A stretch of 32,000 bases of DNA, taken from Paramicrosporidium saccamoebae KSL3. Lineage: Eukaryota; Fungi; Cryptomycota. The stretch is taken from the NCBI GenBank assembly GCA_002794465.1, contig MTSL01000065.1, forward strand, positions 181,069 to 213,068, in the 5' to 3' direction. Below the pieces are notes generated by a model. It had not been told where the DNA came from and did not search any database. It was given only the letters and a program-made list of their open reading frames with translations. Below, in pieces: positions 19,688 through 29,900 of the stretch (position 1 is its first letter; every line of letters begins with the position of its first letter). Made by a program: the position numbers and the translations under genes.

Positions 19688-19795
19688 CATGGCTATAGTC
19701 GTGGCTATAGTCGTGGTTGTAATCGTGGTCATAGTTGTGGTTGTAATTGTGGTTGTAATCGTGGTTATAGTCACGGCCGCAATCATGGCCCAATA
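19688..19795. repeat. 12-bp minisatellite x9 in the divergent DHTKD1/SEC8 promoter region
   Basis: CATGGCTATAGT CGTGGCTATAGT CGTGGTTGTAAT CGTGGTCATAGT TGTGGTTGTAAT TGTGGTTGTAAT CGTGGTTATAGT CACGGCCGCAAT CATGGCCCAATA. Confidence 0.92.
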
Positions 19796-19920
19796 TTGTT
19801 GCAAGAATAATGCAGATTCGATAACATTGCGTTTAATGCCGGCGCCAGTAGCAGTACATAATCTCACCCCCGTTATAACACAATTGCATTTGAGGACTTG
19901 TCGAGGGAGGGACCGGGACC

Positions 19921-22900
19921 ATGACGGAGCTGCAAAAGGTGGAGGAAACCATGACCGAAGTGCGACGAAATTGGAATGTCATGCTGCAGGACTCGGTATA
20001 TTTACACACAGTTATTGACACATAGTTCAATCCGATAATGGTAGCACTGGAAATGCTACAGAACAGCAACCCGTCGCACGACTTTGAGTCATTTTCGCGC
20101 CTGCACGGCCGACTGGAGGAGGCCATGGCAACAATTGTGGAGAGTATGTCCAACCCGTAGCTGATGTGTAGAATATTACACCGGCTTCAATAATGCCGTG
20201 TCGATATTCGGCGGCATTGTGGACAGCACCAAAGGTGACGACATAGGATGTCTCATGAATAGATGCCAAGGAACTGACAGCCAAGGTGGAGGAGGATCTG
20301 TGCGAGTTTCGAGACCAAATCCAATTCAAACGCGCTGAACTGCCCGAAATCTGGGCCAAGGTGCAACAGTTCAAGGACACCTTTGCCATCTCTGGAAAAT
20401 TGTACCCTCCATTGGGATGTGCTGACCTTAGGGATATGGTGCAGAAGCAACAAGCCCATGCCTTGGAGCTGGCCAAACGCAAGTTCTTCATCCCCGCTGC
20501 CCGTACTCTGATGGGCGCCTTGTATGACTCGCGCTATTTGCACTCTACTCAAATGGTCTCCACCACCGAACTTGGCAAAGTACTCGAAAGTAATCGAGAT
20601 GTAGCAGCTTTTCCCTGCTCTAACAATTAGAATCTGTTTGATCAGATCGTGGAGGAGATTCATCACGTATTGTATCTACGGGAATTACGGTCGACACAGC
20701 AGTTGTTCTCACGACTGTGCGAACGGATTCCAGATGCACGTTCCCTCCATGTGGGGGCCTTGAAGCGCGCTACAGAACAGAGTGTAAGTATTTCCGACTC
20801 CGACTTGACCCTGGCACCCACTGAATTTGACTTTGATCCGAGTAGTAATGCGGTGGCATATTTGACATCACTGGTCAAGGCGGTGGCTATTCTGGAACTA
20901 ATACCACATATGCTGTCCATTGTCACGCAGCGCATGGTTTCAGAGCTGTATCAGAGCACGGAAAAGTGTCTGGCCGAAACCAGCAAAGAGTATATCTTTG
21001 CATGCACTCACCTTTAGGTTCCGTCGAGGAATGGGGGCAGGTGACAGTCCGTTATTTGTGCCAGTGTTACGAGGAAACATGACCAAAACGGACAGTAATG
21101 AATTTGATGCATTTGTTCCCCATCTGCGGCGTCACTGCGGACGGCTCATTGGTCGACTCCTTGTTATTGCCAACTGCATTAGCATGATTGGAGAGATAGC
21201 AGGACAGATTGTAGAAGAGGCCGGCTCACCCACCGACATTCGAGCATTCTATCGCAGCTGTCTGAGTGCATTGCATGGAGAGGTGAAGAATTGGCTGGCA
21301 TGTCTGTTGCATGGCTCCAAGACGGCCCAGCGTGTCTATTCCAGCTCCACCGTTGCTATTGTGGACACGCTAAAGGGGAGGAAGAGCGGAACAGATGCAT
21401 CCAAGGCGCCGCTCTACCAGTTTGTCAGTCGAGACAATGCCAAGATGCTGCCTAAACTTCTGGACACTGGCGTTGTCCTATCCCCAAAGGACGAAATGGC
21501 TGCCCGAAAACTGGCAACAATGTTGGTAGTAGATCCCTTCTCCGCCTCGAAACAAGATGTAGGCCATCGTGCTATTGTCAAACCCAATCTGCAATACTTG
21601 GCCATCCTTTATCGTCCGTTTGCGCAGCTGGAGCATTGGCTGCAAATAATCTTCCCTGACGACCAAAAGGACGGTCAATTTGTGGATGCTACGTTTGTGG
21701 AAAATGTGCTCAGCGAAGAATACATTCCTGCCATTGAAAATTATGCCGTGCAGGAGCTCACTCGCGTCTTTAACAGCGCCGAGGCCCTCCTATGGCATCC
21801 CCTCCTCGAGGTAAATCAGACCTTGGCCATTGGAAAAGGAGCCAACTCGTTGCTCGTCTGCATCTCCACCTTTGTCGGCCTGATCAGTCAGGTTGCTTGT
21901 GTGCTACATCAGATCCCCGGCAGCCAAACCGAATGCGAACAGGTCATGCTCAATCTCATGTCACAATTTTTGGAACGCTGTGACGCAAAGTTCCGTGAAT
22001 TGGTCACCAGCAAGACTACTGAGGACACTTCTCTAACCTTTGTGGCCATCAGCTCATCTTTTGTCTCTCATGGCCCTTTGCGTGATCTGCTGAAGCAACA
22101 TTCTATGCTTGTTGGTGCTGAAGACGAGTTGATGGACACAATGTTGGCGCAAAAGGAAAGTTTGTTGTTGGAGAAGCTCAAAAGTGATCGTTCCCTCCAT
22201 CGCAACGAAATCATTTTTGACTATCGTATTCTGCGCTCTGTTGCTCTTTTACAGCGCAGTCTCGAGCTGCTCCCAAAGATTTTGGCCGATAGTAATTTGG
22301 GCACTGTTCCCAGTTTCCCCCTCTTCCGGCCCGAATTTCGGCCTGATGAGAATGGAAAGCTGCTTTGCAACTTTTTCGACGGTGCCAATCGTGGTGTCAT
22401 GGCTTGCTCCCCCGCCTTTGAGACGGCCTATACCAACTTTCTCGCCTCTGTGCAGCGTCTTTCTGAAACGTGTCTGTTCATGTTAAGGACCGAGTTGCGG
22501 GTCCACTGTTTTTATTTCTTGGATCTTGCCTATCGGGAAGGCAATTACGATTTTGAAGAGTCGAGCAACGAACCTGATCCGTACGTCTCCAATCTTGCTA
22601 ATGATTTGATTCGCTTTGAGGCCTTTGTTGCCGAATGGCTGCCCTATTCGCGTTACCACGTCGTCATGGACGAGCTGCACGAGAGTCTCGCCAGCATGCT
22701 AATCGCCGATTTTCGGTATATCCGCTCCCTTAACCCCTTTGGATGTCACAAGCTCGAGATGAATGTTGCCACCCTTGAACAGATCCTTTCCCTCATCTCC
22801 ACCTCGGCCAACCTTCAGGCTGCACGACTATTTTACCGATTAGCCGCCGCAGGACCGGAGCGTTTCATTGAGATGGCCCCCACTCTCCCCATCAAGTTTA

Positions 22901-23037
22901 CCATCCCTCAATACCAGTCCATCTTTGATGTGTACTATCGGGACAACACAGGGGACGTCAGTTTGCGTCGCACATATAACAACCAGCTAGTACGGCTAAA
23001 GTATCTTTTGGAAGGCACCGAGCCTAAAAAGCAATAA
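19921..23037 (+). CDS. SEC8: Exocyst subunit Sec8/EXOC4, ~980 aa; exons 19921-19995, 20026-20143, 20172-20234, 20263-20401, 20432-20600, 20631-20989, 21018-23037
   Basis: The spliced N-terminus reads WNVMLQDSFNPIMVALEML...YYTGFNNAVSIF, followed by NLFDQIVEEIHHVLYLR and the C-terminal LRTELRVHCFYFL...EPDPYVSNLANDL. Six introns of 28-30 nt give a total of 2943 nt in frame. Confidence 0.85.
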
Positions 23038-23268
23038 AATTGCATCCTTGTACAAATCAACCCGGGATTGAAGGCAGTTGCGTGTGGGATGAGGAGAGGG
23101 ATCAGATGAAATGTCAAATTAGATTTAAAAGGCACCTTTATCAGTCCACCATCCTTGTATTAAACCTCTCACACACATATTAATATTAATATTATCGCAT
23201 TTGCAAGATCTACTTTTGAATCCCTGGTCCCTTGGATACTACTTATTTGTACTGCAAAGAAACGATAA

Positions 23269-23805
23269 ATGATTACATTTTCTATGGGCAAGGTCAAGTC
23301 TTTCGAGGTGGATGAGAAAGCGCCCACCATCGTGTTTGACGAGACAATCTACGGAATCCGTCGTCGTGACCCCACAAAGCCACGTCCCGTCCGAGAGGAG
23401 GCAAGTCGTCCCGTCGAGGACGCCGACGAGTATTTTTCTGGCGGTGAGCTCATTTTAGTGCGGCTGATCTCGAAGTGAGTCAGCTCTGGGATCGACTAAA
23501 GGACAAAGTCGAGGATATTCGTACCGTCGTTGTGTCACTGACCTCGTAGATGCCGAGGGATTGCGGGGCAAGGACCGGAAACGGTACATGAAGGAAAAAG
23601 TGGAGCGACTGGGCGGCTGGAAGGAAAAGGTCAAGTGTCCCAGGAACATTCGTGTTGGGATGGACTTGAAGAAGAAGGAGAGGACCGAGAAGGCTATGCA
23701 AAAGGTAATTGGTGTCCAGGCGCTGACCGGTAGGCAAGGGAGATGGATTTGGTCGTTGCAAAGACTACTTCTGGCAGTCGTTCACGCAAGAATAAAAAGA
23801 GGTAG
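23269..23805 (+). CDS. Small basic protein resembling Faf1/C1orf131 (DUF4602, 40S biogenesis); exons 23269-23429, 23459-23520, 23550-23704, 23734-23805
   Basis: Three 29-nt GTA...TAG introns give one frame ending GLRGKDRKRYMKEKVERLGGWKEKVKCPRNIRVGMDLKKKERTEKAMQKAREMDLVV...KNKKR*. The family call rests on recalled motif resemblance only. Confidence 0.6.
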
Positions 23806-23822
23806 TGTCTTGTATAAAAGTA

Positions 23823-24021
23823 GAATTCCCGTCTCATAATGGGAGTCGATCGTGCAATGAATTCCCCTTCTAATAGAGGCTTGTCTTGCAATAAATCCCC
23901 GTCTTTTAATAGAGGTCGGCCTTGCAATAAACCCCCGTCTTCTAATAGAGGTCGGCCTTGCAATAAAGTCCCGTTTTGCAATGAACTTTCACCTTTAACT
24001 GAATTCCCGTCTGGCTTGCAA
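23823..24021. repeat. 36-bp minisatellite (units of 36, 33, 36, 36 bp plus relics) downstream of tRNA-His
   Basis: The core unit AAACCCCCGTCTTCTAATAGAGGTCGGCCTTGCAAT is near-identical at 23893-23928 and 23929-23964. Degenerate copies start at 23824, 23860 and 23965. GAATTCCCGTCT occurs at both 23823 and 24001. Confidence 0.9.
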
Positions 24022-24067
24022 ACCTCTTATCTGTTAGCCTCAAGAAGACGACGTTGGCAAATCTCGC

Positions 24068-24071
24068 AAAA
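24068..24071 (-). terminator. Pol III oligo-T terminator (T4) of tRNA-His
   Basis: TTTT on the minus strand begins 4 nt after the tRNA discriminator base. Confidence 0.5.
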
Positions 24072-24075
24072 GAGA

Positions 24076-24147
24076 TGCCCATTCCAAGATTCGAACTTGG
24101 GTCAGCGCAGCCACAATGCGACATACTTACCACTATACTAAATGGGC
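24076..24147 (-). tRNA. tRNA-His: tRNA-His(GTG), intronless, no encoded CCA
   Basis: GCCCATT TA GTAT AGTGGTAA GTAT G TCGCA TTGTGGC TGCGC TGAC CCAAG TTCGAAT CTTGG AATGGGC A. It has a perfect 7-bp acceptor stem, a D-loop GG, a TTCGAAT T-loop, a GTG anticodon and discriminator A. Confidence 0.96.
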
Positions 24148-24190
24148 CGAAATCAAAGGCGTTATTAAATTTATCACATTAAACGCAGAT

Positions 24191-26155
24191 TTATTTGCCT
24201 CTTCTACGGTTAGGCCGTTTTGGAGCAGATGTGCTTTTTAGTTCGATAGAGCCACCCTGAAGTTCTCCCGAGTTTTGTACCCGCTCCCCCGATTCCACGT
24301 GGATCATCAGATCCCTCACCTGTTCTGATAGCGATTCAATTTCCATGTCCTTTTTCTGGATCATTGTCAGATACATTTCCGTCGTCTCTGCCGCTTGTTT
24401 TGAAATCTACAACACTTAGTAACTCATGTTTGTCTCTACTGCGCGTTCATTTTCTAGCTCACGAAGGAGTGCTGTACGTTCCACTTGCAGAGTGTTGATC
24501 CGGGATTGTAAATCTACGCGCTCTTTGTGAAACACATCATTCTGCTCCGTAATTTTAATGCGATTTGCCTGTGCTTCCTGGGACAGTTTCCGTGTTTCCG
24601 TAATGTGTTCTCTACCTAGCTTCTCAACGCGATCTATAAAACCCACTTCCATGGCACCCAGACGCTCTTCATAAAACATGCGTTGTGACTCTAATTGAGC
24701 CACCAAGAGTGAGGCATAGTAATCAGGATCCGTCTTGGTCTCCTAATAATTCAGCAACAGGCGTTCCAGTACTTGGTCATGGTCAAGTTTTTGAGTCGAA
24801 TCGTGCGGTCCCGGTATCTCGACCAATTTGCCATCCTCCTTATTTTGAATCAGCCGATGTACATAACTAAAACACATGAAAATAAAGTGTTTGCATACTT
24901 GTCACCCGCATAGTCCCACACACGATGTGTGTCTACCTCTAGCGCGAAACAGTGTCCAGTGTCACAAAAATGATCACGGGCATGTCCAGAGTGATATCTT
25001 CCACACCCTGCATTCCCGCAAATCAAACAGAGCCAAATGTCATCGCAACAGTCACATCCAGTGCATTTCGTTTTACTTGTCCCTGTCCCACTCTGCAAGG
25101 AATATCGACATACAGGACAGCTACTATCTCCCCATCTCGAGAGACATTGGCAATGGAAGCGGTGATTACAAACGACAATCATTATTCCGGTCGCTGCCGA
25201 GTCGATTCTCTCCAGACAAACGGGACAGGTCGGGATCTCGACAAAATCGCAAGACTCAACCGAGGACAATTGATCTCCATTCAAGTTACAAAACTCCGTC
25301 TCGTCGAAAAGTGGCTCCAACACTGCAGCTCGAGTGGTAATCTCCACGCTGGAAACATTTACAATATGACAAGTCTCTGGTTCAAGCGGGGAAAATTTGC
25401 GTCCATCTCGAGCCTCCCTAAGCCTCGTGGCTGCATCCTCCGACTCTAGCTTAATCAATGCCATGTATCGGTTCGGTGCTGCATCCTTCAAAAGTCTAAT
25501 CCTCTCAATTTGGCCGGCAAAATCCCGTCCCAAAAAGTGTAACAGGTCGGCAGGCGACATGATGGAAGGGACCGCCAGCACCAACACCACAGTATTGTCC
25601 AAAAAACTGTAGAATACCCCCAAGGAACCATCTTCCTCGCGGTTATGGTACATTCGCATCCGTTCGCCGTCTTCGTGACGACTAGTCATGCTCCTTGTCT
25701 GAGCAGGCTCACGAAAGACATGTATTATGCCAGAAGAAATTTCCGTATGTCCTGAGATGAATGGAAAGTAGCTTGTTGCTAGGCTCGTTTCGTCCATCAC
25801 TCCCGCGCCGTCATCCATGGGCACTGGCACGGTCCCAACATACAGCTTTCTCTCAAATTCACCTTCCACTACAGAAATAAAGCAATACTAAAGACAGTGC
25901 ACATTTGTCCATGGAGTGAATGGAAATTTCAGCTCCCTTGCAATCAACTTTGTCCATTACTTCGAGCCGCCAATTGAAACACAAATCTTGCCCCGTCTCG
26001 GTTGCTCCGATAGTCGCAGGTAGCTTGTCGCTAAGAAAAGTCGTGGGTATGGAGAGGACACGCTTTGACAGTGCAATGCTGGGTGCCAAGTAGAGCTCGA
26101 TGCAAATGTGAAACCGGTTGAAAGATGTCTCTTCTATCCGGGACAACCCTTTCAT
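24191..26155 (-). CDS. BRAP: BRAP2/Etp1-family RING + UBP-type zinc finger E3 ligase, ~611 aa; exons 26155-25903, 25868-24899, 24866-24773, 24742-24440, 24406-24191
   Basis: Domains are BRAP2 (LAVPSIMSPADLL...PNRYMALIK), RING (PTCPVCLERID...CNHRFHCQCLSRW.DSSCPVCR), ZnF-UBP (WLCLICGNAGCGRYHSGHA...RVWDYAGDNYVHRLIQN) and a coiled coil (LLVAQLESQR...LSEQVRDLM). Introns are 34, 32, 30 and 33 nt. Confidence 0.92.
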
Positions 26156-26302
26156 GCCCGGTTATGGAAACTCACTTTTTCCTTACAACTGTGTCGGGCG
26201 CTAGAAGCTTGATGGCCGGCCACGCCCAGCTTACAATAGCACTACCAGTAAACCTATTTGGGCCTTTACAACTATTAGCATGAACTCTATAAATAGGATC
26301 TA

Positions 26303-26896
26303 TTAGAAACTGACAACCTTTGCCTTTTTCTTTTTAGGAGCCTTGTCAGTGTTCTCGCGTTTAGCATTCTTCTCTTCTTGGATCTTTGTAAGTGACTCGT
26401 ACATTAAATCCTCATCAGGGTTCTCCCTCCTCGGATCATTACTTGCTCCAACAACGGTAGTCTCTTCTCTAGTCGGCTTGCAGTCTCTTGCCAGATGCTG
26501 CTTTGACCCACAGAACCGACACCCTCCTCCTCGCGGATAAATCCCCCGCTCGTTCTTCGGACACTGACCGGCCAAATGTCCAGTGCCCCCGCACACATAG
26601 CACGACGCATACGGCAACTCATTGCTACGTGGCTGGCGACACGCCTTAAGTGTATGTGTGTGTGAGCCACAGTTGTAGCAGATGGAAGAGGCACCGGCGG
26701 GACAGTACTTGACAGAGTGGCCGCGCTTCCGACACTTCAGACAGACGGGCTTGGAGCGGTGTACGGTGGAAGAGCGGAGGGCGTCGACAGACTGGGCCTT
26801 GGACTCTTCAATATGCCGTGCCTCATCTTGGGTGAGGCGGTCTTCTGTGATCGAGGTGGTGTTGAAGCGTTTCTTGTATGTCGTATATCGTGTCAT
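26303..26896 (-). CDS. Four-CCHC zinc knuckle protein, ZCCHC9-like, 197 aa
   Basis: The knuckles are CLKCRKRGHSVKYC, CYNCGSHTHTLKAC, CYVCGGTGHLAGQC and CRFCGSKQHLARDC. The GIYPRGGGC linker and basic tail are typical of ZCCHC9 homologues. Confidence 0.85.
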   Translation of the reverse strand: MTRYTTYKKRFNTTSITEDRLTQDEARHIEESKAQSVDALRSSTVHRSKPVCLKCRKRGHSVKYCPAGASSICYNCGSHTHTLKACRQPRSNELPYASCYVCGGTGHLAGQCPKNERGIYPRGGGCRFCGSKQHLARDCKPTREETTVVGASNDPRRENPDEDLMYESLTKIQEEKNAKRENTDKAPKKKKAKVVSF

Positions 26897-26976
26897 CCGA
26901 ATCTCTATCTAGTCAAGTCTGCCCCGGTCGCCCTGAATAGTCGCCTATCCCGCCCATGCTATTCCACCCATGCTAT

Positions 26977-29900
26977 TTATTGATAAGCAGCTAGGAGCAA
27001 TTCCACCAAATCCTGCACTTGTCGCACAGTCATATTAGGAATCACTTCACATCCCTGTCCACCCTCCACTGCTAGCTTTCGGGATTCCGGCGACAATTCC
27101 AAATATTTGGCAATCAGATCACCATCCACGAAACAAGACAGCTGTCTTGGCTTGCGTCGTTCCGTGGCCAGTGCTCTCCATTCATGGTGGGGAAGGTTAC
27201 CAATAGCGCGGGTAATAGTAGCCATGTTGTTTTCAAGCAGGCGTAGTGTCTGATAGTTGGATTGTGATAATCTGGCGAAAAAGTAAACGGAGCCACAGGC
27301 CGTGGACATTAAGTGAGGGTCTGTTAGAATATTGGAAACGCCAGATCCCTGTCTTGCCAGAGTCCCCGGATGGATCTTATTGACAATCTCACCCAAATGG
27401 AAGCCACTAGTCATTGTCAAGGACAGCTTTTCGCTGGAAAAGCTGGCATCCTGGGTCGCGTCAAAGACAAAGACGTTTCCAAGGTTGTCCGCGCCAAGTA
27501 TACTGGTGTCGCTAATGAAGCAAACTTCAGTCATCCAGTTTGATTCATAATCTCTGGCAACTTCCACCAAGTCCCCATCGCCTTCAACCCGTAGCAAGTT
27601 TACAGACTTCATCAGATCACCCACGGCAATGTGATTGCCGCGAACATCCATCCGTACGCCAAGAATCTGGCCAAAATGAGTGTGCAGGTTCCTCCATGAG
27701 AAGAAATCACCCTCAGCGTGTGTCCATCTGTACAGACTCGTCATTCCGTTGATTGAAGCGACCAGTTTGACACCACTCATTCCCATGGCATACACGCATC
27801 CTGGAACAGCAGTTTGACTAATCAGACTAAACTTCTGGCCCGCATCAATTACAAATGTCAGAATTCTGCCATTCTGCGGCTCTTGGCCCGGCCCCTGGAC
27901 TATTGCGGTTCCGACAATAATGGCATCTGTATTCTGTGCAACCAAGTAGGTCGTTGTGATGGAATGGGCACGTTCGCCGTCAGGCAGTTCGTAGCAATCC
28001 AAAACGTTAAACAGGTCACGGTCCAGGATGGAGATTCGAGACTTGATGGGCGGCTCTCCTGCTTCCCGACTAGTGGGACGGTGGTTGGCATGTAGAATAA
28101 CGTACGCCTTGGCACTCGGAACGTGAATTAGACGTGTAGAGGTCTCTTTGATTGGATAGGAAATGTGGTGAAGTCTTGATTTAGTATCATCGAGGCTGCA
28201 CAAGACAAGCTCATTGTCACGGGCAATAACAAGTTCGGTCGTTCCGGCGAGGCCAACCACCCCATCAACATTTTTTGCGTTTGAAAGATTAAATACAATA
28301 CGATCTCGGACGGAGGTAATAATAAACGGCCGGTCAATGAGAGCAACAAGAATCTCGCGATCCATCAATCTGGTCTTGATCAAGTCAACGGGGCCAGTTC
28401 CGAGTCCGGCTCGATGGAAAGGGTGAAAGACTAAACGTCCGTTCGTGATCTCCACCTTGCAGTATGACACGGATCCATTGCCGTGTCCCAGGAACACCCA
28501 ACTACTCTCCTCCAACTGTGCTACCTGAATACTCTGGATAACTCCCGCTGTTGGGATGGGAATGCTCGTGACTTCTTTAGAATCAAAATCCACAACCTTT
28601 ACAGATTCACTGTTCCAAAATGCAACTACTGCAAAATATTTCTCATTGATCAACCCAAGTCCAATTGACGATATTTCATCAGAAAACGTCTGTCGAGATT
28701 TTCGAGTCTCCTTTTGGCTGCAGTCAAACCATTGAAACGCTTTATCAGACGTACCAACAATGAGGCCATTGCCTGCGACACTAGCTGTTGTAATTAACGC
28801 GTCGCGCGGAGGAACCCAGGATATATTTGGCAACGATGGGTTCACGCTAAAAGTGATGCTCCCAGCGGTAACTTGAACAACAGCATCCCCGATTTGAGTA
28901 ATTAGTAGACTGGCTTCCTTGGTAATGAGACGACCGTAATGATCAACCTCTTCAAATCCCTCTTGGGCCGTATATTTCAAGATTCGTGTGCAAGATGGAG
29001 TGGACAGAAATAGAGTGCTTTTTGTCGCCTCGGTTCCGAGGACAGAGAACATTCCGACAATTGGCAACTCGGCTTCAGCAATGGAATTTGCAGTCAGGTT
29101 TGCTCCTCGGCGGATACACTGCAGTACGCCTTGTTTGAACGCCCCAGCACAGGCCATGATTGAACTTTGTCCAATCTTTTCAATATCGACTGTAACAAAG
29201 TCAACAATGGGTCCGGTCCCGGGAAGCACATCAGCAATTTCAATAAAGTTACCATCAGCTAACCGAGACGACGACAAACGAACAATCTGCGAGTCGCCAA
29301 AGTGAGATCCAACGTATACAAATCCATTGTCGAGGTATGTGAGAGCGGCTGCAATCACGGTGGCGCCCAGGTATTCCAGTTTTAGAGACTCCACACGGTT
29401 GTTCGGGCCAAACAAAATCAAAACGTACATCCCACCCTCGGAATCGGCCAGCAAATACCGAAAGCCGTCATTATCAATCTGGCAGTAACTATAAAGTCTA
29501 TAACCGCAAAGCCGTCTTACCAGGTAATTCGGGTTGGCTTCATGGAAATTGCACATTGGGCCTTATTAGTATAGTTGTAATAAAAGATAGATTCATCGGA
29601 AATCACCAAGACGCCTCCTCGGGGCAAGGGCACCGAGATTAGAATCCTGGAGCCGAAATCGAGATCATCAAATGACCAAGGACCGGCCTCAAACTCCTTT
29701 CCCTTTAGATTCACTCGATAGGTCCTGACACTAAACCCGCCACTAACCGTCTCATGGAGAATCGCCAATACGGGTTCTAGTGAATCCTGTAACATTGACA
29801 TGCCAACTACCTGCAACTCGTCAATCCTCCGGTTTATCGGTTCGCGGAACTTTGCACGTGCATCCACCGGGATGAGTTTGACCAGTCCTTGGACCAAATG

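Noticed and set aside
19263-20018. 251-aa plus-strand ORF with a Val/Ile run resembling a transmembrane helix, and the Thr-rich minus ORF 19661..19867
   Set aside because: Both low-complexity stretches are translations of the 12-bp minisatellite. The long ORF is antisense to DHTKD1 exons and out of frame with SEC8 exon 1.
23100-23150. U5 snRNA-like loop on the minus strand (GGT-GCCTTTTAA-ATCT)
   Set aside because: The loop ends AA rather than AY, the stem is only 3-4 bp, and there is no conserved CCG internal loop or well-placed Sm site.
23043-23159. 10-bp direct repeat CATCCTTGTA (23043, 23150) and (ATATTA)n near 23177-23193
   Set aside because: These are short, isolated matches with no enclosed element or snoRNA boxes; a target-site duplication cannot be supported.
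23694-24141. ORFs 23694..23981 (-) and 23839..24141 (+) crossing the 36-bp array
   Set aside because: They overlap the Faf1-like last exons and the tRNA gene in antisense and have no support outside the repeat. They are kept only as a caveat in the array finding.
26303-26896. Retroviral/LTR Gag nucleocapsid interpretation of the CCHC knuckles
   Set aside because: No pol, LTRs or target-site duplication are present; four knuckles with the GIYPRGGGC linker fit cellular ZCCHC9.
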